This document shows, one piece after another, positions 1-8,786 of a stretch of 35,038 bases of DNA. Below the pieces are notes generated by a model that worked only from the letters and a program-made list of their open reading frames with translations, had not been told where the DNA came from and did not search any database. How positions within the stretch are numbered: the first letter of the stretch is position 1; each line of letters opens with the position of its first letter. Position numbers and translations under genes: made by a program. The stretch spans positions 1 through 35,038 of the forward strand of contig JBFMCO010000065.1 in the NCBI GenBank assembly GCA_040754495.1, read 5' to 3'. Source of the stretch: Candidatus Micrarchaeota archaeon. GTDB lineage: Archaea > Micrarchaeota > Micrarchaeia > Anstonellales > Bilamarchaeaceae.

Positions 1-63
1 GAAGAGGGTTTTGACATGATGGGCATTCGGAAACAAGCAAATTAAACCTATCATCCGGGAATT

Positions 64-807
64 CTACAGCTTTCCGGCGTAGTGGAACGATATCCATCCG
101 TTGTCGTATGCTTCGCTCCCGTAGGGAGCCATGAACTCGGCCTGCGACGCCCAGAGCCGCTCGCGAAGGTTCTGGAAGAGTCCCGGGAACTCCTTCTTGA
201 ATTCCTGATAAACCGAGAAGCAGTCGCTGTGGAACGTCTGCGCGTTCGCCCAGCGTGCGCCCAGGTTCATGAATACCGCAAGGCGCTTCTCGAAGAATTC
301 CACGAACTTCTCGCCGACCTCCTTTTTCATCTCCGGCGGGTCCTCGCTCTCGAGGATTATAGCCGGGCAATACGCCGAGGCGGCGCCGATGAAGAAAAGC
401 GCCTGGATTGCCGAGGTCGTCTCGAGGTCGCGGTCGTCGGTCGCGGGGAACCTCTCGAACTTGCTCTGCATGAACGGCACGGCAGCTTCCAGGGATTCCT
501 TGAAGACGCCGGACGCGTCCTGGCCCACGTCCTTGGCCGCCGCATTGCCGGATTCGGAGGCATCCGAGGCAAGCTGGTCCGAGAACTCCATGTCGAAGAC
601 GGATGCGTCCTTGTACGGCCTGATTGCGTTGAGCATGTCGATGCCGCGGCCGCGGATGTCGTCGAGCCTGGATATAAGGGCTGGCGGGAGCTGGCCACGT
701 GTTGCATTGGACACGAAAAACCTGCGCATATCTGAGCGCACATCCTGCACGCCCTTGGATTCCGGCGCTTTTTCGCCTCCGGCAGGGCCTTCTTGTCCTT
801 TCTGCAT
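64..807 (-). CDS. hypothetical helical protein
   Basis: Long ORF. Start moved to ATG 807 (MQKGQEG), which has GAGG upstream and avoids overlap with the gene ending at 824. No recognised motif. Confidence 0.7.
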   Translation of the reverse strand: MQKGQEGPAGGEKAPESKGVQDVRSDMRRFFVSNATRGQLPPALISRLDDIRGRGIDMLNAIRPYKDASVFDMEFSDQLASDASESGNAAAKDVGQDASGVFKESLEAAVPFMQSKFERFPATDDRDLETTSAIQALFFIGAASAYCPAIILESEDPPEMKKEVGEKFVEFFEKRLAVFMNLGARWANAQTFHSDCFSVYQEFKKEFPGLFQNLRERLWASQAEFMAPYGSEAYDNGWISFHYAGKL

Positions 808-823
808 ATTCAACCTCTTCAAC

Positions 824-1372
824 TCAGCACGAACTGAGCATCCCGTCACTAACCATCGCGAAATTGAACTCATCGCCCCTTTCAGCGAGGTAGCGCGCAT
901 GCTTCAGCGCGTCCTTCAGGTCGGCGGCAAACGAAACCCATGAGCCTTCATCCGCGAAAGCGTTGCGCACGGGGCTGCATACGATTATTTTCCTTTTCTT
1001 GTCAAGGAGCGTGCAGAATGCGTTGCCGCCCTGCGAGCTGATGATTATCCCGAAATCCGGAACCGCCGCCGGGAAATCGAGACCCCTGAGGAGATGCCCA
1101 GCCACTCCGGAAATATCATTGCCGGGCTCCGATGATAGCGATGGCTGGCTTCCGCCTCCTGCGTCTATCAGGAACATCCGCTCCGGAAGCCCGAGGAGCC
1201 CGGCCAGTTCCTGGTCCAGGGGGGCGATGTTCCGGAGCATCTTCAGGCAGTCCTCCCGCGTCAGCATGCCCTGCTCGTGCATCCCGGCGCCGAGCTTTCT
1301 GAACTCTGCCAGGTCCACGACGTTCCCTGCGCCGCTCTCCGCCGCGCCGGCTTTCCTGCCCCTTGTGGCCAT
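824..1372 (-). CDS. hypothetical protein, paralog family A copy 1
   Basis: ORF with visible similarity to 5068-5616 and 5650-6183 (ELAGLLGLPERMF...PDFGIIISSQGGNAFCTLLDKKRKIIV). Confidence 0.8.
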   Translation of the reverse strand: MATRGRKAGAAESGAGNVVDLAEFRKLGAGMHEQGMLTREDCLKMLRNIAPLDQELAGLLGLPERMFLIDAGGGSQPSLSSEPGNDISGVAGHLLRGLDFPAAVPDFGIIISSQGGNAFCTLLDKKRKIIVCSPVRNAFADEGSWVSFAADLKDALKHARYLAERGDEFNFAMVSDGMLSSC

Positions 1373-1439
1373 ATTCTGGTTTGAGGGGGAACTGTTTAAA
1401 ACACGTATTTTTAATCATTTCCATACACGAATTGCAACG

Positions 1440-2153
1440 ATGAAGCCCCGTTATATCTGCTGGGACCTGGACGAGACGCTGGGATATTTCAGGCCCGGCA
1501 AGAAGTCCGAGCCGCTGAAAGGGCTTAAGCCCCTGCTCGAGCGGCTGCAGGGGGAAGGAATGAGGCACGTGGTGACGACCGCCTCGCCAAGGATATACGC
1601 CGAAGCAGCGCTCCGGCGCACGGGCCTGCGAGGCTACATCGATGCCATTTTCCCTGACGAGGTCGTAGTCCCCAAAAACGTCCACAAGAGGTATCTCCCG
1701 GTCGCGAAAAGCCTCGGCATAGACAGGTACTACGCGCCTGACCGGATGCTGGTCATAGGGAATGACGTGATGGGGGGGAGGGATGCTCCCGAAGACCTTC
1801 CGCTGGTCACGATACTGTTCCCGGATGCGATAAAATACCACGCATCGGTCCTCGGCACGCTGATAGTCGCCCTGAGCGAGCACAAATCGTTCTGGTGGAG
1901 CTTCGAGACCCTGCTCTCGAAAGCCAGGGACAGGAGGAGCAACGGGATTTTCCAGGGCGGCGAGCTGGAAATCGACGGGGTAGAGTTCATGATAGGCCAC
2001 CTCGCCCCGAACGACCTCACTTTCCATGCGGAGAACCTCATACTTGTCAGCGGGGCCGGGGAGGAGCGGCGCGCCACCATAGCAACCGAGGACGAGCCGG
2101 TTGAAGTCAGGGTGCGTGAGATAGAGGAGCTGCAGGCCGCCGCCAACTTCTAA
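1440..2153 (+). CDS. HAD-superfamily hydrolase
   Basis: Motif I CWDLDETLG (DxDxT), motif II VVTTAS and motif IV LVIGND. Start set at ATG 1440 just before motif I. Confidence 0.85.
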   Translation: MKPRYICWDLDETLGYFRPGKKSEPLKGLKPLLERLQGEGMRHVVTTASPRIYAEAALRRTGLRGYIDAIFPDEVVVPKNVHKRYLPVAKSLGIDRYYAPDRMLVIGNDVMGGRDAPEDLPLVTILFPDAIKYHASVLGTLIVALSEHKSFWWSFETLLSKARDRRSNGIFQGGELEIDGVEFMIGHLAPNDLTFHAENLILVSGAGEERRATIATEDEPVEVRVREIEELQAAANF

Positions 2154-2190
2154 GAACTCCTTTTTTAAAATGCAGGAGGCATAATCCTGC

Positions 2191-2616
2191 GTGCCAGAAA
2201 ACAACAAGAACCGGACACTACCACAAATACTCGATGCCCTGACTGGAAAGCGGCCACCCAAGGACTACCAGGATGACAAAGGGCTTCTCAGCCTCCTTAA
2301 TCGGGCTCCTCGTCCCAAAGCCCCCCAAGGGGACCGGATAACAGAGGATAACATCGAGCGCTTCGAGAACGAGACCATAGAGATGGCAAGCAAAGCGATA
2401 TCCGTCCTCGAGGACGCCCTTTCCAAGTGGGATGGGCTGAAGGAAAAACCCGATGAACTCAGGCCGGAATTCGACAATTTCAGAAGTTTCCATAAGGAGA
2501 TAGTCCAGTGGGAGCGGGACATCCTGAAATCGCGCGCGAATAAAGAGGTGCTCGATTTCGAATCGAGGGTGGACCGGCTCAGGGAATACGCCAGGATTTG
2601 CAGGACTCACAGGTGA
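2191..2616 (+). CDS. hypothetical helical protein
   Basis: GTG start with AGGAGG upstream, charged helical composition, first of three co-oriented genes. Confidence 0.7.
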   Translation: MPENNKNRTLPQILDALTGKRPPKDYQDDKGLLSLLNRAPRPKAPQGDRITEDNIERFENETIEMASKAISVLEDALSKWDGLKEKPDELRPEFDNFRSFHKEIVQWERDILKSRANKEVLDFESRVDRLREYARICRTHR

Positions 2617-2642
2617 GCGGATTGGGTGGAAAAGAAGCCCAG

Positions 2643-4494
2643 ATGCCAGATGAAGCGGCCCGCCAGGCAGCCATGCAGCAACAGGCCCAGCAGCCTCAGG
2701 GGCCGATGATAGCCCGGCCTCCGCCTTCCCAGGTGGATGCGGGAAGCGTGGCGAATCAGGCGAGGCAGGGACTCTACGGAACGCGGGTTCTCCGGCTCAG
2801 AGGCCGACAGGGCGATATTGCGCGTCCTCGAGCCTGCGCTGCTCCCGATGCTCCAGGAGGCCGGGGGCATGGAAAGCGTCAGGGCGAAGCTGCAGGAAGT
2901 GGGATTCTCCGGGACCAATCTTGATGCGGCGCTATCCTCGCTGATGGAGCCGAGGAACATGCTGGTGGATTCTGCCAGGCTGAGGACCGAGCTGCAGGGC
3001 TATGAGGAGGTCTTCGAGTTCGGAAGGGACGTCAATCCCCTCCTGTCGCATCTCCGGGAGAAGATGCCGAGGGAGGATTTGAAGAACCGGAGGACCGGAG
3101 ACACTGGCGTGGACGAAATCCTGAACATGCCAGGCGGCGAGGCGGCCCTGAACACGCCCATAGCGCTCTGGACGCGCCAGAACCAGGCCAAGCTCGACAA
3201 CTACAACCAGCTCGCAGCGCAGGGGAAGCCGCCCAAGAACCCTCCACCGAACCGGGAAAAATTCGTCGGGAGCGAGGAGATTGCAGGCGCGCTCGCGGGC
3301 TTTGAGCGGCAGGTGGAGACCGGCTACGGAGCCGAGTTTGCAAAGAGCCTCAAGCTGATGGCAGCGGAGGGGAACACGGGCCTTCTCGAGGAATACAGGA
3401 GGCTCGGCCTGAGGCGGGAGGGAGAGGAGAACGGGGACGAGGGAAGGGAGAGGCAGCAGTCCTTCCTGGAGGGCCTGCTGGAAGACCGGGCACTGCTTGA
3501 AAAGTACATAGGCGATGAAGGCCTTCGCTCATACATACTTGCAGAGCCCGAGAGGCTGGGGATGCTTTTGGATGCGCGCTCTTCCATGGCTGGCATGGAG
3601 GAGGCCGGAAAACGTGTAGCGGCGGAAGACGGCAGCGTCACTTACCTTGACGTTCTCCGCCCGCTGGAGAACATGCAGAAATTCCTGGAAAGGCTTTTCG
3701 TTCCGGTCACATTCAGGGTGGAATCCAGGGACGGGAAGATAGTATACAACATAACGATGGACCCCGCCACTATAAGGCACTTTGTCGAGGGGCATGCGAA
3801 TGAGACCGTGCTGATGCCGGACGGGGAGGTCAACGTCGGCACTGCGGACGGGGCGTTCAGGCTTATCCAGCAGGCCATAGCAGCGCAGCCGTATGGGCGG
3901 CTGACATTCAGCGAACTTGGGAGGGAGGTTGCCAGGGGCATAGTAAGCGGGGCCGCACCCGGCAAGCCGCTGGAAAAAAGGGCAAGGGAGATTCTCGATA
4001 GCTCGATTGCGAACGCTGCGCCGGATTCGCCCTTCACTGCAAGGGCCAGGGAACTCCGCGAAGGCGGGATGCGTGAGGAGGACGCTTCCGCGCAGGCGCT
4101 GAAGGAGGGCGTCGCAGACATCAACAAGAAGGCAGACACCAAGCAGCAGAAGGAGCTGAAGGAACAGGTCCAGAGGCTTCTTGGCGATGCATCCAGGCAG
4201 GCTGTCCGGGAGATGGTCGGGAAGAATACCTCCCTGCAGCAGTTCAACGCGGGTTACGGCGATTACCCTGCCCCGGGAGTGGCATTCAGCTATTATGATT
4301 CCGCAAGAAGCTGGGAAGGAAGCGGAACCTTCGTCCAGCTCGCGGCGGCGCCGAAGGAGGGCGCGGAGCCGCTCAGGGAACTGCCAGACGGGCGGTTGGA
4401 ATACAATCTTACGTTCATAACGCTCTATCCGAACGGCGGGAACGGCGAAGGCCACTACAGGACGACGCTGGGCGCAGTGCAGGGAAGACGATAA
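2643..4494 (+). CDS. large hypothetical protein (~616 aa) with probable +1 frameshift near 2775; the uninterrupted ORF is 2737-4494
   Basis: ORF 2737-4494 is clearly coding. The Q/P-rich N-terminus from ATG 2643 lies in another frame and joins it if T2775 is removed. Confidence 0.7.
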
Positions 4495-4519
4495 CGATTA
4501 AGTTACTATGTGAGAGGTA

Positions 4520-5065
4520 ATGTATATGGAAGAGAAATCCAAGGAGGGAGGGCCGCATACCATGGAGCGCAGGTTCCCCAAAAAATTCAAGGTATCCCCC
4601 AGTGGGCCGGACAGCCATCTTGACCTGGGACTGCCGCAGGCTAAAAAGAAGCTGACTTTCATGCTGAGCTCCAGCGCCGATTCCAGGGCGCTGAGGATAA
4701 CCTTCAGCGGCAATGTGAGGGCGAGTGAGGAAAGTGTAGGGGACCGCCTGGAGGCGAGGGCCACCTCAGGGGAGGTCGTCGAGCATTTCATTCCGGGCTT
4801 CGGAGTCTATGGCGAGGAGAAGACGTACGATTTGCCGACCCCTGTTGAAGGCACGCGGCTCATGGCAAGAAGAAGCGCCGAAGGGGACCTCACTGTGTGG
4901 GTATCAGGCTATGACCTGTCCGAGGCCGAGAATGTCCAGCATGGACGGAAGTTCGTCACGGTCCACAGGATAGGCGGAAAAACAGTCGGGTACACGATAA
5001 AGGATTTCCTGCGGAATGTCAATTTCCACTTCAACCGCGCGGAGATGCAGCTTGAGCTTGAATGA
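4520..5065 (+). CDS. hypothetical protein
   Basis: 181-aa ORF with GAGGT upstream, fills the gap between neighbouring genes. Confidence 0.7.
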   Translation: MYMEEKSKEGGPHTMERRFPKKFKVSPSGPDSHLDLGLPQAKKKLTFMLSSSADSRALRITFSGNVRASEESVGDRLEARATSGEVVEHFIPGFGVYGEEKTYDLPTPVEGTRLMARRSAEGDLTVWVSGYDLSEAENVQHGRKFVTVHRIGGKTVGYTIKDFLRNVNFHFNRAEMQLELE

Positions 5066-5067
5066 GG

Positions 5068-5616
5068 TTATTGAACGTTTGCTGCGAGTAGCACCTGGTC
5101 ATACACTGCGGTCTTGTTCCCGCTCCTTCCCGCAAGGGCGAGCGCCTCCTTTATCCGAGTCTTGACCTCGCCCCAGTCCTTTTCCGGGGGCTTTTCATGG
5201 AAGCAGTATATACGCTCGCGCACGACTATCCTGCGGTTCATGTCAGCAAGTATGAAATAGACCGACCCGCCCTCTCCGTATAGCGCTATCCCGTAATCGG
5301 CCGGGGGCCTCTTAAGCGTCCCGGAGCCCATCGAGAGCATCATGTCGCTGAACCCGAACCGGTTTTCGCTCGAATAATAAGTGGCGTCGTCCGTTTGGAG
5401 CATGAAGAGCCTGTCCGGAACATTCAGCAATTTTTCGAGCTCGGCGTCCCACCCCTTTCCATACGCCTTCAGGGTGCCAAGGACCTGCTTGGATGAGACC
5501 TGCCTGGCTTCGGGGGCGGGAATCCTTGAATCCGCGGGACTGACGCGCGAGAAGAAGTCCTTGTCCGGCAGCCTTCCGGGGGTCACCGGGCTTGCGCTCG
5601 AAGCGTTCTTGGCCAT
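5068..5616 (-). CDS. hypothetical protein, paralog family A copy 2 (divergent)
   Basis: ELEKLLNVPDRLF...PADYGIALYGEGGSVYFILADMNRRIVV aligns by eye with copies 1 and 3. Confidence 0.75.
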   Translation of the reverse strand: MAKNASSASPVTPGRLPDKDFFSRVSPADSRIPAPEARQVSSKQVLGTLKAYGKGWDAELEKLLNVPDRLFMLQTDDATYYSSENRFGFSDMMLSMGSGTLKRPPADYGIALYGEGGSVYFILADMNRRIVVRERIYCFHEKPPEKDWGEVKTRIKEALALAGRSGNKTAVYDQVLLAANVQ

Positions 5617-5649
5617 GGGGATAATTGGCAGGCAACGGTTTTTAATCAG

Positions 5650-6183
5650 TCAGAAGTGGGCCACGATGCCCTCGTTGCATATCACGAAGCTGAATGCAGT
5701 CCCGAGAGCGCCAAGCCGCCTCGCTTCCTCTAAGGCATCCCGCAGGCTGGACTGGAATGAACTCCAGGAGCCGCCCTCCGGGACGTGCATGTTTCCCACG
5801 CTTTCGAAGACAATTACCTTTCGCTTGCTGTCAATGAAGGTGCAGAACGTATTGCTTCCCCGGGAGCTGATGTTTATCCCGTATTCCGGAAGCCCCTGGG
5901 GCAGGGGGGACTTGAGGATGAACGCATCGGCGAGCGCCTGGACGGACTTGCCTTTCTCGGAAGTGAACGACCAGCGGTTTTCTTCGTGCAGCTCGCCCGG
6001 GAGGCTCAGCATCCCGGCCAACTCTTTCCCGAGCGGAGCGGCCTTCCCGAGCATGGCAAGGACTGGCGAGGCCTCAGCGGATTTCCTGTCCGGCTCTGGC
6101 TTTGCCTGCGGGCCGGGGAACTTCTTCCCGGCCGTTTCCTCATGCTTGTGCTTCGGGACTTTTCTGTCTGTTTTCTTGGGCAT
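5650..6183 (-). CDS. hypothetical protein, paralog family A copy 3
   Basis: ELAGMLSLPGELH...LPEYGINISSRGSNTFCTFIDSKRKVIV...EGGSWSSF closely parallels copy 1. Confidence 0.8.
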   Translation of the reverse strand: MPKKTDRKVPKHKHEETAGKKFPGPQAKPEPDRKSAEASPVLAMLGKAAPLGKELAGMLSLPGELHEENRWSFTSEKGKSVQALADAFILKSPLPQGLPEYGINISSRGSNTFCTFIDSKRKVIVFESVGNMHVPEGGSWSSFQSSLRDALEEARRLGALGTAFSFVICNEGIVAHF

Positions 6184-6245
6184 CAGGCACCCCTTCCTGT
6201 CATATTTAAGCCCGGAAAGGTATAAAAGCCGGGGTTTTAGGGGCG

Positions 6246-6974
6246 TCAGGGGGCTTCAAGAGGCAGCCTGAAGGCCGCTGCGGCCTCCTCGACGCGTATG
6301 ATGCCGGTAACGCCCTCGTAATACATCCGGGCGGTGAATGATTCGGAGCGCAGGCTGGAAGCCGGGTGCAGCGGAGCATCGCTGTTTCCGGCAGGCGCAA
6401 GGCAACCCTTGAGGAACATTTTCGAAAAGCCTTCGGCCGCATCCCCCCCGCCCTCCTGCAGGAGGAGCCCGATTATGGCGCCCGGTATGTGCGCGCTATA
6501 CGACGGCGCATGGGGCTCGTATATGAACACCCCCCGGGGAGGGCGGTCTATCTGATGGATGTCGCCCACGAAGAGCGCCCTCCGCCAGAAATCTTCCTCC
6601 TGGAGCCCGAGCGCCTCCGCAACGACAGGATAGTCCTTCCTCCCTCCGGACAGGATGGTTTTTTCGGTAAAGACCCCGCTGAAAAACCCGGCAAGGCCGA
6701 ATCTCCGCAGCGCCTCGTGCGCATAGTCGTCCGGTGCCGCGGTCGTGAGGATATGCGAGAGGCCGATGCCCGAAAGGCTGGCGAGGACCGCCTTTATCCC
6801 CGGCCGAAGGCCATCCGTTCCCTCGTAGCGGTAGCCGTTCCTTTCCGCGGCTATCCCGTAAAAACGGCCGAGCGTCTCATCGAGGTCCCAGCAGACCAGG
6901 TTGTCGAGAAGGGGGGTATGGGCGGCGCGCGGCCTGGCTGGGGGGTTTAGAGCGGGAGGCGCCAGTTTTCTCAT
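6246..6974 (-). CDS. HAD-superfamily hydrolase (paralog of 1440-2153)
   Basis: CWDLDETLG, ILTTAA and LFVGD motifs. Start set at ATG 6974 (MRKLAPP) after an AT-rich gap. Confidence 0.85.
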   Translation of the reverse strand: MRKLAPPALNPPARPRAAHTPLLDNLVCWDLDETLGRFYGIAAERNGYRYEGTDGLRPGIKAVLASLSGIGLSHILTTAAPDDYAHEALRRFGLAGFFSGVFTEKTILSGGRKDYPVVAEALGLQEEDFWRRALFVGDIHQIDRPPRGVFIYEPHAPSYSAHIPGAIIGLLLQEGGGDAAEGFSKMFLKGCLAPAGNSDAPLHPASSLRSESFTARMYYEGVTGIIRVEEAAAAFRLPLEAP

Positions 6975-7024
6975 ATGGGATTGTTGTGTGGTAAAGTTTA
7001 AAAATATGTTAAAATACGGTTTTC

Positions 7025-7618
7025 TCAGCTTTTCTGCAGCAGTTTCACGCTGGAGACGTTCCCGTCCCTCCTGAGAAGCAGGTCGTATGAATAGCCGGCG
7101 GACGGCGAGTCCCATACGACCTTCCACGAGTCCTCCTGTTCCATTACCGCCGGGACCGCGTCGGGAAAGAGCCTCAGGTAGCCGCTTATCTCCCCGGTCC
7201 CGCTGAAAGTGTGCGACGCTATGACGGCCTCCTCGGGGAATGCGATGGTGCAGATGCCCTCGGTGCATACCAGGCACCCGGATGTTATCACTTCCGGAAG
7301 CTGGGGCACGAAGTTCTGCGCCGGATAATTGTAGAATATGTGCGAGCGCTCGGGACACGGAGTGCCAGCGCCCTCGGTGACGCGCGCCTTGACTTCGAAA
7401 TAGCGCTGTCCGTACTGGTTCGTCTTCTGGATGATTGTCATGATTTCGATGTCCTTCTCCGGGTCCACCTCCGGGTATTTGGAGCGCAAATCCTCAAGGA
7501 CGAACTTGCTCGCGTCGGCTTCCACGACATTGACCTGGAAGAACTCGATGAGCTTGACGAGCACCGCTATCACAAGAATAAGGGCCAGGATAAGCAGAAT
7601 CTCGCGGCGTATCGCCAT
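7025..7618 (-). CDS. membrane-anchored or secreted hypothetical protein
   Basis: N-terminal hydrophobic helix (ILLILALILVIAVLVKLI) and four Cys in the soluble part. Confidence 0.75.
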   Translation of the reverse strand: MAIRREILLILALILVIAVLVKLIEFFQVNVVEADASKFVLEDLRSKYPEVDPEKDIEIMTIIQKTNQYGQRYFEVKARVTEGAGTPCPERSHIFYNYPAQNFVPQLPEVITSGCLVCTEGICTIAFPEEAVIASHTFSGTGEISGYLRLFPDAVPAVMEQEDSWKVVWDSPSAGYSYDLLLRRDGNVSSVKLLQKS

Positions 7619-7642
7619 GGAACGACAACTCGCCCAATGTTT

Positions 7643-7978
7643 TTATTCCTTGCCTTCGGTCAGGAGGACGATGGCCTCTGCTATGTCGCCGCCGCTTTTC
7701 TCAAGAGCCTCGCGCGCCTGCTCCTCGGAGCATCCGGCCTGCTCCATGACCATTTTCACATCATCGGCGGATGCGCGCGCCTCGGTCCGCACGTTGCCGC
7801 TTATCTGGAACGACTTCTGCCCCTGCATGGTTATCTGGACGACCTGGGGCTGCTCGATGATTATGGCTCCTGAGGAGGTCTCGATGACGACCTTGCTCGA
7901 CTCTATTTCCTCGCTCCGTATGCCCATCTGCTTCATGAGCGCCTGCATCTTCTTGGGGTCCATTCCGCCGGGTATCAT
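7643..7978 (-). CDS. nac: nascent polypeptide-associated complex protein (archaeal NAC)
   Basis: MDPKKMQALMKQMGI...SFQISG followed by UBA-like DDVKMVMEQAGCSEEQAREALEKSGGDIAEAI. Confidence 0.95.
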   Translation of the reverse strand: MIPGGMDPKKMQALMKQMGIRSEEIESSKVVIETSSGAIIIEQPQVVQITMQGQKSFQISGNVRTEARASADDVKMVMEQAGCSEEQAREALEKSGGDIAEAIVLLTEGKE

Positions 7979-8011
7979 AGGGACATCTCACATTCCGCAG
8001 GATAAGCCGGT

Positions 8012-8046
8012 GGGTTTCCGGTTTCCTGTTTTCGGTTTCCGGTGTT
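8012..8046. repeat. degenerate 7-bp tandem repeat (5 units, CGGTTTC-like)
   Basis: GGGTTTC CGGTTTC CTGTTTT CGGTTTC CGGTGTT read directly. Confidence 0.8.
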
Positions 8047-8092
8047 TGTTCTTTGAAAAATGAAGGACAGAACGCTGGAACAAAAACCTCAG

Positions 8093-8139
8093 GAAGTTTC
8101 GCGAGCCTTTATCCTGAGCCGTGACCGAGGAAAGGCTCA
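8093..8139. repeat. 47-bp palindromic dispersed element, copy C
   Basis: GAAGTTT-CGC-GAGCCTTTA-N15-GAGGAAAGGCTCA, same layout as copies at 26523 and 26865. Confidence 0.75.
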
Positions 8140-8730
8140 CTTGAAGACTTCGCCGCGCTCGGACTTGCGTATCTCGACGCGCCTCATCTTCGTGACCTGC
8201 TTTAGCCTGCTGAACACCCTGGAGGAGAACCTGCCGTATATCACGTCCTGGATTACCTCCTCGAAGTTCTTCTCGGCAATCCCCTTCTTGCACTCCTCGA
8301 CTATGATGTTCCGGAGGTTCCTGCGCGTGTTCTCGCTCACCCGGGCCCCGGTCACCGCGATTATCTTCAGCCGGAGGCTCTCGTTGTCCTTCGTCTTCTC
8401 GTCCACCACCTGGTGGATGAGGGACTTGCCGCGCCTTGCGAAAGTCCTGATGAAAGACGGGGCGATCTCGTGCCCGAGCAGTATCGTGGATGCGTCAGTC
8501 CCGTTGACGCCGCTGATGCGGAAGCGGAGGGTGGTGAACATCGCCATCTGCGAGGCCCCGCCCATGCCAAGCTCCAGGAGGCTCGAGCGCACCACGCGGT
8601 TGAGCAGCCTGGCGTCTTCCGAAGCGACCACTTCGCAGAGCTCCTTGCTCTCGAACATAGTCGGCGACTTGACGCTGTACCATTTCTTGGCCTTCCATTT
8701 GTCTACAGTCTTGACTTTCTTGCCAGCCAT
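8137..8730 (-). CDS. rps3ae: 30S ribosomal protein S3Ae (eS1)
   Basis: VDKWKAKKWYSVKSP...RVVRSSL...RRVEIRKSE. Start set at ATG 8730. Confidence 0.95.
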   Translation of the reverse strand: MAGKKVKTVDKWKAKKWYSVKSPTMFESKELCEVVASEDARLLNRVVRSSLLELGMGGASQMAMFTTLRFRISGVNGTDASTILLGHEIAPSFIRTFARRGKSLIHQVVDEKTKDNESLRLKIIAVTGARVSENTRRNLRNIIVEECKKGIAEKNFEEVIQDVIYGRFSSRVFSRLKQVTKMRRVEIRKSERGEVFK

Positions 8731-8751
8731 AAAAATCACGGATTTTTATAC

Positions 8752-8771
8752 TTGACCGGCTCGCCGGTCAA
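8752..8771. promoter_or_regulatory. intergenic hairpin between rps15 and rps3ae
   Basis: TTGACCGGC-TC-GCCGGTCAA is a perfect inverted repeat; function not known. Confidence 0.4.
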
Positions 8772-8786
8772 TCCAAAGGATCACCA

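Noticed and set aside
2598-2924. 108-aa ORF as an independent gene
   Set aside because: Its second half is an out-of-frame reading of the large gene. It is better explained as that gene's frameshifted N-terminus.
5381-6271. 296-aa plus-strand ORF, and similar long shadows such as 3529-4455, 8060-8755, 16279-17445, 20710-21858 and 29244-29945
   Set aside because: They are antisense or off-frame to well-supported genes. Long stop-free shadows are expected at this GC content.
7998-8117. Possible ncRNA from CAGGATAA / TTATCCTG long-range complementarity
   Set aside because: Only 8 bp, with no SRP, RNase P or tRNA hallmarks. The spacer is already explained by the heptamer array and the 47-bp element.
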